NCBI GenBank assembly: GCA_002269645.1
Contig: NIVC01002732.1
Location: 1-64,000, forward strand
From: Macrostomum lignano
Lineage: Eukaryota
DNA length: 64,000 nt
Direction of reading: 5' to 3'
A program made the position numbers and the translations under genes. The notes under the pieces are model-generated. The model saw only the letters and a program-made list of their open reading frames with translations. It searched no databases and was not told the DNA's origin. Shown here one piece after another: positions 14,555 through 25,560 of this stretch; the first letter of the stretch is position 1; each line of letters begins with the position of its first letter.

Positions 14555-14866
14555 ATGCTCAAACTGCTGGTCTGCCTATTGGCGATGGCCTCCATCAGCG
14601 GCTGCCAGGCAAATTCACCGTACAAAGGCAAATTTCTCTATTGCGGTTCGGGCGAACCCGGCATGATCCGCTGGCTCTGCGGGGCAATCAAACACCTGGA
14701 GAGCCTCGGTATCAAGGATGGCTACCTCGATCCGTCTAGAGGATACGTGCCGCTAGACGCTCCTCCGCCTTGGAAGAAGAGGTCTGTTCGGCAGATTCAC
14801 AGAACCCTCATTTTTTTGAGCTGCCGGCGAAAATTCGATGCCAGAGTGCTCTGTAGGGGCCACTGA
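14555..14866 (+). CDS. Insulin-like prepropeptide, divergent 4-Cys paralog (copy 1, 103 aa)
   Basis: Signal peptide MLKLLVCLLAMASISGCQA; B chain CG-x10-C (CGSGEPGMIRWLC); KKRSVR processing site; A chain LSCRRKFDARVLC aligns to LCCRRLCDARVFC of the paralogs; AATAAA at 15026. Confidence 0.8.
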   Translation: MLKLLVCLLAMASISGCQANSPYKGKFLYCGSGEPGMIRWLCGAIKHLESLGIKDGYLDPSRGYVPLDAPPPWKKRSVRQIHRTLIFLSCRRKFDARVLCRGH

Positions 14867-15083
14867 TACAAATTATCTAAGACATCAGAGAATCAACAGA
14901 AAGTCGTTATGAAACGATTTTGTTGATTACACACGCAAACTGCTGTTGAAAGTTTTGAATATACGGCCCTGTTTCTAATACTAGCATAAACTGTATTCTG
15001 CTATTCAAAAAGTACATTATTCTACAATAAATCACTATAAAACCCGAGTCTGCAAATTAAATGCAATCGCACAGCATAAGTAC

Positions 15084-16630
15084 AGTGGTGCTAATCTGGG
15101 GGAGTAGTGCTAATCTGGATAAGTGGTGCTAATCTGGGGAAGTGGTGCTAATCTAGATAAGTGGTGCTAAACTGGGGGAAATGGTGCTAATCTGGAGGGA
15201 GTGGTGCTAAGCTGGAGGGAGTGCTGCTAATCTGGATAAGTGGTGCTAAACTGGGGGAAATGGTGCTAATCTGGAGGGAGTGGTGCTAAGCTGGAGGGAG
15301 TGCTGCTAATCTGGATAAGTGGTGCTAATCTGGGGGAAGTGGTGCTAATCTGGAGGGAGTGGTGCTAATCTGGAGCAAGTGGTGCTAATCTGGGGGAAGT
15401 GGTGCTAATCTGGAGGGAGTGGTGCTAATCTGGAGGAAGTGGTGCTAATCTGGAGGGAGTGGTGCTAATCTGGATAAGTGGCGCTAATCTGGGGAAGTGG
15501 TGCTAATCTGGATAATGGTGCTAATCTGGGGGAAGTGGTGCTAATCTGGATAAGTGGTGCTAATCTGGGGGAAGTGGTGCTAATCTGGAGGGAGTGGTGC
15601 TAATCTGGATAAGTGGCGCTAATCTGGGGAAGTGGTGCTAATCTGGATAAGTGGTGCTAATCTGGGGGAAGTGGTGCTAATCTGGATAAGTGGCGCTAAT
15701 CTGGGGAAGTGGTGCTAATCTAGGGAAGTGGTGCTAATCTGGATAACTGGTGCTAATCTGGAGGGAGTGCTGCTAATCTGGATAAGTGGTGCTAATCTGG
15801 GGAAGTGGTGCTAATCTGGATAAGTGGTGCTAAACTGGGGGAAATGGTGCTAATCTGGAGGGAGTGGTGCTAAGCTGGAGGGTGTGCTGCTAATCTGGAT
15901 AAGTGGTGCTAATCTGGGGAAGTGGTGCTAATCTGGAGGGAGTGGTGCTAATCTGGAGCAAGTGGTGCTAATCTGGGGGAAGTGGTGCTAATCTGGAGGG
16001 AGTGGTGCTAATCTGGAGGAAGTGGTGCTAATCTGGGGGAAGTGGTGCTAATCTGGATAAGTGGTGCTAATCTGGAGGAAGTGGTGCTAATCTGGGGGAA
16101 GTGGTGCTAATCTGGATAAGTGGCGCTAATCTGGGGAAGTGGTGCTAATCTAGGGAAGTGGTGCTAATCTGGATAACTGGTGCTAATCTGGAGGGAGTGC
16201 TGCTAATCTGGATAAGTGGTGCTAATCTGGGGAAGTGGTGCTAATCTGGATAAGTGGTGCTAATCTGGGGGAAGTGGTGCTAATCTGGATAAGTGGCGCT
16301 AATCTGGGGAAGTGGTGCTAATCTAGGGAAGTGGTGCTAATCTGGATAACTGGTGCTAATCTGGAGGGAGTGCTGCTAATCTGGATAAGTGGTGCTAATC
16401 TGGGGAAGTGGTGCTAATCTGGAGGGAGTGGTGCTAATCTGGAGCAAGTGGTGCTAATCTGGGGGAAGTGGTGCTAATCTGGAGGGAGTGGTGCTAATCT
16501 GGAGGAAGTGGTGCTAATCTGGGGGAAGTGGTGCTAATCTGGATAAGTGGTGCTAATCTGGAGGACGTGGTGCTAATCTGGGGGAAGTGGTGCTAATCTG
16601 GATAAGTGGTGCTAATCTGGGGGAAGTGGT
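15084..16630 (+). repeat. G-rich 19-20 bp minisatellite (GTGGTGCTAATCTGGA/G...) of unit A
   Basis: Variant units ending GATAA, GGGGAA, GAGGGA; about 1.55 kb. Confidence 0.96.
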
Positions 16631-17503
16631 ATAAAGATTTGGTACATTATAATTTTTTTGTTGATAGCTTCAGGTTGGTTGTGGTTGTTTTTGAAGTCGG
16701 ATGTGAGCTGCTCAGTGGTTGCTTTTGAGCGATTTCTGGGGTTGCTTCCAACAGGTGGTAAATACCTATATTGTGATACACAGTTCAAGAATACTGTACA
16801 TTTAAAAGCCTCAAGTTTTTTATAATAAATCATAAACTTGGTTAAATTAGTATTTGAGCGATGAGGTGGCTTTATTAGATTGATTCTCATGCAAGACAGG
16901 GTGGAATTGATTGATTCTCATCGTCTCTATGATCAAACGGTCATTGTAAAATGGGTTGATTTTCCATCTTCAAGAGTAAAGAAACTTTCAGAGTGCGGAG
17001 CAAGAGTAAATGTCCTTTTTCTCCCTACATGAGGCAATTGGCTGCTAGTATAACATGCTGACAGAAGCGAATTGTGTAAAACACACGAAGTTCCACTTAG
17101 TGACGGTTTGGGCCATAGACATAATGCAGGTCAAAATTAAAACATCAAATTAAGCTTCTTGGCCCTGTACTAGCAGTCTCTTCAGGGCTGTCTTTACAGT
17201 ATAAATATTCGTTTAGGACTACGAAAGGCATATGAAAATGGTTAAACTGTACTGACTCAGTGTGTACTTTTTGCCACACGCTGGAAAGCAGCGAAGCCAT
17301 AGACGAGAGTAATAAAATTGAGAACAGATTTGACCATAGACAGTCTGCCGATTATTATATTCATCAAATGAAAAGCGGGACAGTCCTGGTAGTCCCTGGC
17401 ATTCCTTGCTTACTCAGCAGAGCATCACTTTTATCACGAGAGCCAAGTTCGGACGATCATTTCTTCAAGCAATTTGAGAGTGAAATCTTGAGATACTCCC
17501 AAG

Positions 17504-17794
17504 GTAAGATCGAATATTTCTTGGACTAATTTAATGTTACAGTACAAGGGACAGAGAACCTTAGCGGGAAACGCTTCTGATCACCAGGCGCCACATTAAT
17601 TTGAGGCCTGTGTGCTCGAAGAACGTCCATGATGGCCAACCCACAAGGCTCAGAGAATGTACATGTCTGACGATTAGAAATTCATGGCCGCTGTACAGCC
17701 TGTGTGAGCGTGTTTGTGAGTGCGTGTCTGCGTACAGTACTGGCGCGCAGTTATTTTGTCATTTATATAACTTATTTCGTTGCTTACATTCCAG
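17504..17794 (+). other. Predicted 291-nt 5'-UTR intron of copy 2 (same in copies 3-6)
   Basis: CAAG|GTAAGA donor; TTATTTCGTTGCTTACATTCCAG|AGA ATG acceptor 3 nt before the start codon. Confidence 0.6.
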
Positions 17795-17797
17795 AGA

Positions 17798-18178
17798 ATG
17801 TTCAAACTGCTGGTGTGCCTATTGGCGATGGCCTCCATTAGCTGCTGCCAGGCAAGCGCTGAGTCAAAGCACAAAGGCAAATTTCTCTATTGCGGTCCGG
17901 CCAGTCCCGTCATGATCGACTGGCTCTGCCGGTCAATCAAACACCTGGAGAGCTTCGGAGTCAAGGACGGTTACATCGATCCGGCTCAAGGATACCTGCC
18001 GCTAAGCGCTCCAGCGCCTTGGAAGAAGAGGTCTGTTCGGTCTATTGGATTAGATTACGGATTATGGGACCCACCATCGGCTCACCAGATCAACAGGCGC
18101 GGCATTCACGCGCATGTGGCCATGTCACTGTGCTGTCGGAGACTGTGTGATGCCAGGGTGTTCTGCAAAGGCTACTGA
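17798..18178 (+). CDS. Insulin-like prepropeptide, 6-Cys type (copy 2, 126 aa)
   Basis: Signal peptide MFKLLVCLLAMASISCCQA; B chain C-x11-C (YCGPASPVMIDWLC); KKR and RR sites; A chain starting GI with CC-x3-C-x5-C. True ATG at 17798 (the ORF track starts at an upstream TTG). Confidence 0.88.
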   Translation: MFKLLVCLLAMASISCCQASAESKHKGKFLYCGPASPVMIDWLCRSIKHLESFGVKDGYIDPAQGYLPLSAPAPWKKRSVRSIGLDYGLWDPPSAHQINRRGIHAHVAMSLCCRRLCDARVFCKGY

Positions 18179-19137
18179 TAGGAATTAGCTAAGACTAAAT
18201 TATAGCTAAGCAGAGAATCAAACTGAAAGTCATGAATCGTTTTGTTGATTAAAATACATGTTTAACTGCTTTCGAAAGTTAACATTTCCAGTTTTTAAAG
18301 TTATCATAAATCGCATTCACTTATTAAAAGTTTTAAATTAATCTATACCATAATCTACACCATAAAGCCCAATCTGCAAATTTATGAATTCACTTGCACA
18401 GCATAGCTAGTTTTATTAAATGGCCTGCATACTCTTGAACATTCCTGTCTGAAAAGTGACCCCCCCTTGGCTGTCTAGCAAGGGACACACCTGTCTAGGG
18501 GCAGAGTAGTCCAAATCTCGTGCTACAATCCCTGATTCGATTCATTTTAATCATTGGTTACATATGTATTTGTACATATATACACTTATATGTACACAGC
18601 TTTTATTTCGCAGCAATACATGCATTTTTATGCACGAATAAAAATTTCTGGCTGGGGTTTTATCGTGCGATTCACGTACGCCCCCCCCATAGTCAGAAAG
18701 TGTAAAATGAACGTACTGACGATCAGAAGATATTCAGAGTCACAGCTGCACACGCGACCCGCTGCTATATGAGCGTGTGTTACGCATACATGTATGTTCC
18801 ACATGATGAATCGTCTGTAGTAAACCATGCACGGGCTAGCTAATACATTTAAATGTGAGCAAGAGTCAGATTGATGGGTAATAATTGCCTCTCTGTTGGT
18901 TGCGAGACGACGTAGCGGAAAGCGTTGCTCCAGTTTGCCAAACCCCCTATGTGATTTACATGTACGTGTACACATGTACATGTATGTGCAACACTTGTAC
19001 GCAAGTCCATGCATAACTCAATTGCATGGTTTTCACACATTTAACTGTAGAACCATAGTCGTACGGCTCGTACATGGCTCAGCTTGAGCTTACTATTTTA
19101 AATTGGATATGAAAATTCTGCACCGGTTACCGTTTGT

Positions 19138-19179
19138 ACCAAGGACCACTGTATATAGCTATATACAGTGGTCCTTGGT
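19138..19179. repeat. Perfect 42-bp spacerless palindrome (also 24287-24328, 33785-33826, 38072-38113, 42253-42294)
   Basis: ACCAAGGACCACTGTATATAG|CTATATACAGTGGTCCTTGGT; the arms are exact reverse complements. Confidence 0.95.
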
Positions 19180-19675
19180 TTGTACATAGACAAAGTAATC
19201 TATTGAATTGGAATTCAACTTACAATTTTCAAGCAAACTTCACATTAACTAGAAAAGAAACACTAAGATCGATTGTGGAATCAACTTAATAGGTACTTAA
19301 AATATTATGTGATCAGGCAAACTCGAATTTATAAAATTGTGAAACATGGGACTTATACATAAACCTTGTTATAGTGTAATCACATTCGACTCGCTATTTT
19401 AAATTCGAAAGTCATGATCTTCGATTTCGAAATTAAATATAGAATTTTAGCCGGATCCATAGCCAATAGAAAACGGGTTCCGGTGCCGGAACTCTAGCCA
19501 TTACCTATATTATATAGCCTACTGACTTGTATTGTCATAAATCATGTGATGGCCCTAGGCTAGCCTGGCTAGGTTTAGGTAGGCTTATTACGTATAACAT
19601 TTTTTACTTTTGACATTTGTTTCAGTTTATAAAACCCGAGTCTGCAAATTAAATGCAATCGCACAGCATAAGTAC

Positions 19676-21792
19676 AGTGGTGCTAATCTGGGGGAAATGG
19701 TGCCAATCTGGAGGGAGTAGTGCTAATCTGGAGGGAGTAGTGCTAATCTGGAGGGAGTAGTGCTAATCTGGAGGGAGTAGTGCTAATCTGGAGGGAGTGA
19801 TGCTAATCTGGAGGGAGTGGTGCTAATCTGGGGGAAATTGTGCTAATCTGGAGGGAGTAGTGCTAATCTGGAGGGAGTAGTGCTAATCTGGAGGGAGTAG
19901 TGCTAATCTGGAGGGAGTAGTGCTAATCTGGAGGGAGTGATGCTAATCTGGAGGGAGTGGTGCTAATCTGGATAAGTGGTGCTAATCTTGATAAGTGATG
20001 CTAATCTGGGGGAAATGGTGCTAATCTGGAGGGAGTGTTGCTAATCAGGAGGGAGTGGTGCTAATCTGGAGGGAGTGTTGCTAATCTGGAGGGAGTGTTG
20101 CTAATCTGGATAAGTGGTGCTAAACTGGGGGAAATGGTGCTAATCTGGAGTGGTGCTAATCTGGAGGGAGTGTTGCTAATCTGGAGGGAGTGGTGCTAAT
20201 CTAGAGGGAGTGCTGCTAATCTGGATAAGTGGTGCTAATCTGGATAAGTGGTGCTAAACTGGGGGAAATGGTGCTAATCTGGAGGGAGCAGTGCTAATCT
20301 GGAGGGAGTGGTGCTAATCTGGAGGGAGTGGTGCTAATCTGGATAAGTGGTGCTAATCTGGGGAAGTGCTGCTAATCTGGATAAGTGGTGCTAAACTGGG
20401 GGAAATGGTGCTAATCTGGATGGAGCAGTGCTAATCTGGAGGGAGCAGTGCTAATCTGGAGGGAGCAGTGCTAATCTGGAGGGAGCAGTGCTAATCTGGA
20501 GGGAGTGTTGCTAATCTGGAGGGAGTGATGCTAAGCTGGAGGGAGTGCTGCTAATCTGGATAAGTGGTGCTAAACTGGGGGAAATGGTGCAAATCTGGAG
20601 AGAGTGGTGCTAATCTGGATAAGTGGTGCTAAACTGGGGGAAATGGTGCTAATCTGGATGGAGCAGTGCTAATCTAGAGGGAGTAGTGCTAATCTGGAGG
20701 GAGCAGTGCTAATCTGGAGGGAGCAGTGCTAATCTGGAGGGAGCAGTGCTAATCTGGAGGGAGTAGTGCTAATCTAATCTGGGGGAAGTGGTGCTAATCT
20801 GGGGGAAGTGGTGCTAATCTGGAGGGAGTGGTGCTAATCTGGAGAGAGTGGTGCTAAGCTGGAGGGAGTGGTGCTAATCTGGATAAGTGGTGCTAATCTG
20901 GGGAAGTGGTGCTAATCTGGATAAGTAGTGCTAATCTGGATAAGTGGTGCTAATCTGGGGAAGTGGTGCTAAACTGGGGGAAATGGTGCAAATCTGGAGA
21001 GAGTGGTGCTAATCTGGATAAGTGGTGCTAAACTGGGGGAAATGGTGCTAGTCTGGAGGGAGTGGTGCTAATCTGGAGGGAGCAGTGCTAATCTGGAGGG
21101 AGTGGTGCTAATCTGGAGGGAGTGATGCTAAGCTGGAGGGAGTGGTGCTAAGCTGGAGGGAGTGGTGCTAAACTGGAGGGAGTGGTGCTAATCTGGATAA
21201 GTGGTGCTAAACTGGGGGAAATGGTGCTAATCTGGAGGGAGTGGTGCTAATCTGGGGGAAGTGGTGCTAATCTGGATAAGTGGTGCTAATCTGGATAAGT
21301 GGTGCTAAACTGGGGGAAATGGTGCTAATCTGGAGGGAGTGGTGCTAAGCTGGAGGGAGTGCTGCTAATCTGGATAAGTGGTGCTAATCTGGGGAAGTGG
21401 TGCTAATCTGGGGGCAGTGGTGCTAATCTGGAGGGAGTGGTGCTAATCTGGAGAGAGTGGTGCTAATCTGGGGAAGTGGTGCTAATCTGGGGGAAGTGGT
21501 GCTAATCTGGGGGAAGTGGTGCTAATCTGGAGGGAGTGGTGCTAATCTGGAGAGAGTGGTGCTAAGCTGGAGGGAGTGGTGCTAATCTGGATAAGTGGTG
21601 CTAATCTGGGGAAGTGGTGCTAATCTGGATAAGTGGTGCTAAGCTGGGGAAGTGGTGCTAATCTGGATAAGTGGTGCTAATCTGGGGGAAGTGGTGCTAA
21701 TCTGGATAAGTGGTGCTAATCTGGATAAGTGGTGCTAATCTGGGGGAAGTGGTGCTAATCTGGATAAGTGGTGCTAATCTGGGGGAAGTGGT
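19676..21792 (+). repeat. G-rich minisatellite of unit B
   Basis: Same family as 15084-16630; about 2.1 kb. Confidence 0.96.
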
Positions 21793-22942
21793 ATAAAGAT
21801 TTGGTACATTATAATTTTTTGTTGATAGCTTCAGGTTGGTTGTGGTTGTTTTTGAAGTCGGATGTGAGCTGCTCAGTGGTTGCTTTTGAGCGATTTCTAA
21901 GGTGGCTTCCAACAGGTGGTAAATACCTGTATTGTGATACACAGTTCAAAAATACTGTGCATTTAAAAGGCTCAAGTTTTTTATATTGAATCATAAACTT
22001 GGTTAAATTAGTATTTTAGCGATGAGGTGGCTTTATTAGATTGATTCTCATGCAGGACAGGGTGGAATTGATTGATTGTCATAGTCTCTATGAACGGTCA
22101 TTGTAAAATGTGTTGATTTTCCGTCTTCAAGAGTAAAGAAACTCTTAGAGTGCGGAGCGTAAATGTCCTTTTTCTCCCTACATGAGGCAATTGGCTGCTA
22201 GTATAACATGCTGACAGAAGCGAATTGTGTAAAACACACGAAGTTCCACTTAGTGACGGTTTGGGCTATAGACATAATGCAGGTCAAAATTAAAACATCA
22301 AATTAAGCTTCTTGGCCCTGTACTAGCAAAGTCTCTTCAGGGCTGTCTTTACAGTATAAATATTCGTTTAGGACTACGAAAGGCATATGAAAATGGTTAA
22401 ACTGTACTGACTCAGTGTGTACTTTTTGCCACACGCTGGAAAGCAGCGAAGCCATAGACGAGAGTAATAAAATTGAGAACAGATTTGACCATAGACAGTC
22501 TGCCGATTATTATATTCATCAATTGAAAAGCGGGACAGTCCTGGCATTCCTTGCTTACTCAGCAGAGCATCACTTTTATCACGAGAGCCAAGTTCGGACG
22601 ATCATTTCTTCAAGCAATTTGAGAGTGAAATCTTGAGATACTCCCAAGGTAAGATCGAATATTTCTTGGACTAATTTAATGTTACAGTACAAGGGACAGA
22701 GAACCTTAGCGGGAAACGCTTCTGATCACCAGGCGCCACATTAATTTGAGGCCTGTGTGCTCGAAGAACGTCCATGATGGCCAACCCACAAGGCTCAGAG
22801 AATGTACATGTCTGACGATTAGAAATTCATGGCCGCTGTACAGCCTGTGTGAGCGTGTTTGTGAGTGCGTGTCTGCGTACAGTACTGGCGCGCAGTTATT
22901 TTATCATTTATATAACTTATTTCGTTGCTTACATTCCAGAGA

Positions 22943-23323
22943 ATGTTCAAACTGCTGGTCTGCCTATTGGCGATGGCCTCCATCAGCTGCTGCCAGGCAA
23001 GCGCTGAGTCAAAGCACAAAGGCAAATTTCTCTATTGCGGTCCGGCCAGTCCCGTCATGATCGACTGGCTCTGCCGGTCAATCAAACACCTGGAGAGCTT
23101 CGGAGTCAAGGACGGCTACATCGATCCGGCTCAAGGATACCTGCCGCTAAGCGCTCCGGCGCCTTGGAAGAAAAGGTCTGTTCGGTCTATTGGATTAGAT
23201 TACGGATTATGGGACCCACCATCGGCTCACCAGATCAACAGGCGCGGCATTCACGCGCATGTGGCCATGTCACTGTGCTGTCGGAGACTGTGTGATGCCA
23301 GGGTGTTCTGCAAAGGCTACTGA
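22943..23323 (+). CDS. Insulin-like prepropeptide, 6-Cys type (copy 3, 126 aa)
   Basis: Protein identical to copy 2; differs only at synonymous sites. Confidence 0.88.
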   Translation: MFKLLVCLLAMASISCCQASAESKHKGKFLYCGPASPVMIDWLCRSIKHLESFGVKDGYIDPAQGYLPLSAPAPWKKRSVRSIGLDYGLWDPPSAHQINRRGIHAHVAMSLCCRRLCDARVFCKGY

Positions 23324-25344
23324 TAGGAATTAGCTAAGACTAAATTATAGCTAAGCAGAGAATCAAACTGAAAGTCATGAATCGTTTTGTTGATTAAAAT
23401 ACATGTTTAACTGCTTTCGAAAGTTAACATTTCCAGTTTTTAAAGTTATCATAAATCGCATTCACTTATTAAAAGTTTTAAATTAATCTATACCATAATC
23501 TACACCATAAAGCCCAATCTGCAAATTTATGAACTCACTTGCACAGCATAGCTAGTTTTATTAAATGGCCTGCATACTCTTGAACATTCCTGTCTGAAAA
23601 GTGACCCCCCCTTGGCTGTCTAGCAAGGGACACACCTGTCTAGGGGCAGAGTAGTCCAAATCTCGTGCTACAATCCCTGATTCGATTCATTTTAATCATT
23701 GGTTACATATGTATTTGTACATATATACACTTATATGTACACAGCTTTTATTTCGCAGCAATACATGCATTTTTATGCACGAATAAAAATTTCTGGCTGG
23801 GGTTTTATCGTGCGATTCACGTACGCCCCCCCATAGTCAGAAAGTGTAAAATGAACGTACTGACGATCAGAAGATATTCAGAGTCACAGCTGCACACGCG
23901 ACCCGCTGCTATATGAGCGTGTGTTACGCATACATGTATGTTCCACATGATGAATCGTCTGTAGTAAACCATGCACGGGCTAGCTAATACATTTAAATGT
24001 GAGCAAGAGTCAGATTGATGGGTAATAATTGCCTCTCTGTTGGTTGCGAGACGACGTAGCGGAAAGCGTTGCTCCAGTTTGCCAAACCCCCTATGTGATT
24101 TACATGTACGTGTACACATGTACATGTATGTGCAACACTTGTACGCAAGTCCAAGCATAACTCAATTGCATGGTTTTCACACATTTAACTGTAGAACCAT
24201 AGTCGTACGGCTCGTACATGGCTCAGCTTGAGCTTACTATTTTAAATTGGATTGGATATGAAAATTCTGCACCGGTTACCGTTTGTACCAAGGACCACTG
24301 TATATAGCTATATACAGTGGTCCTTGGTTTGTACATAGACAAAGTAATCTATTGAATTGGAATTCAACTTACAATTTTCAAGCAAACTTCACATTAACTA
24401 GAAAAGAAACACTAAGATCGATTGTGGAATCAACTTAATAGGTACTTAAAATATTATGTGATCAGGCAAACTCGAATTTATAAAATTGTGAAAAATGGGA
24501 CTTATACATAAACCTTGTTATAGTGTAATTACATTCGACTCGCTATTTTAAATTCGAAAGTCATGATATTCGATTTCGAAATTAAATAGAATTTTAGCCG
24601 GATCCATAGCCAATAGAAAACGGGTTCCGGTGCCGGAACTCTAGCCATTACCTATATTATATAGCCTACTGACTTGTATTGTCATAAATCATGTGATGGC
24701 CCTAGGCTAGCCTGGCTAGGTTTAGGTAGGCTTATTACGTATAACATTTTTTACTTTTGACATTTGTTTCAGTTTATAAAACCCGAGTCTGCAAATTAAA
24801 TGCAATCGCACAGCATAAGTACAGTGGTGCTAATCTGGGGGAAATGGTGCTAATCTGGAGGGAGTGGGGCTAAACTGGGGAAATTGTGCTAATCTGGAGG
24901 GAGCAGTGCTAATCTGGATAAGTGGTGCTAATCTGGATAAGTGATGCTAAACTGGGGGAAATGGTGCTAATCTGGAGAGAGTGGTGCTAAGTTGGAGGGA
25001 GTGCTGCTAATCTGGATAAGTGATGCTAATCTGGATAAGTGGTGCTAAACTGGGGGAAATGGTGCTAATCTGGAGGGAGCAGTGCTAATCTGGAGGGAGT
25101 AGTGCTAATCTGGAGGGAGCAGTGCTAATCTGCAGGGAGTAGTGCTAATCTGGAGGGAGCAGTGCTAATCTTGAGGGAGCAGTGCTAATCTGGAGGGAGT
25201 AGTGCTAATCTGGAGGGAGCAGTGCTAATCTGGAGGGAGTGCTGCTAATCTGGAGAGAGCAGTGCTAATCTGGAGGGAGTAGTGCTAATCTGGAGGGAGC
25301 AGTGCTAATCTGGAGGGAGCAGTGCTAATCTGGACTGGAGGGAG

Positions 25345-25560
25345 TGTTGTATACCGATCCGAATCCAATGTACTTTGATTTTCAGTCGTTGCCCCAGCGT
25401 TAATTTATTTGTCTGTGTCCCAAACAGCTACCGACTGACTCTGACTCTATAAAGGCTTGCCGTTACTTATATCGTTAAATAAAATATACATTCAACTTAG
25501 GCTACGCTCTCGTTATAACAGCTTTCGGCTCAGCACAGAGTCAAAGCACAAAACACAACA
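25345..25560 (+). repeat. 5' LTR
   Basis: Matches 29541-29756 with no difference seen by eye; contains TATAAA and AATAAA. Confidence 0.97.

Noticed and set aside
17798-18178. Conotoxin, defensin or knottin interpretation of the Cys-rich peptide
   Set aside because: The cysteines are split 2+4 across convertase sites with CG-x10-C, RR|GI and CC-x3-C, which fits insulin better than a single-chain toxin.
18462-18498. Helitron 3' end (CCCTTG...CAAGGG hairpin then CTAG)
   Set aside because: The stem is only 6 bp, the CTAG is not followed by T, and no 5' TC terminus was identified.
18520-19087. Repeated sense and antisense ORFs in the 3' flank of each unit
   Set aside because: Their lengths change between copies with C-run length, showing no frame conservation, unlike the insulin-like CDS.
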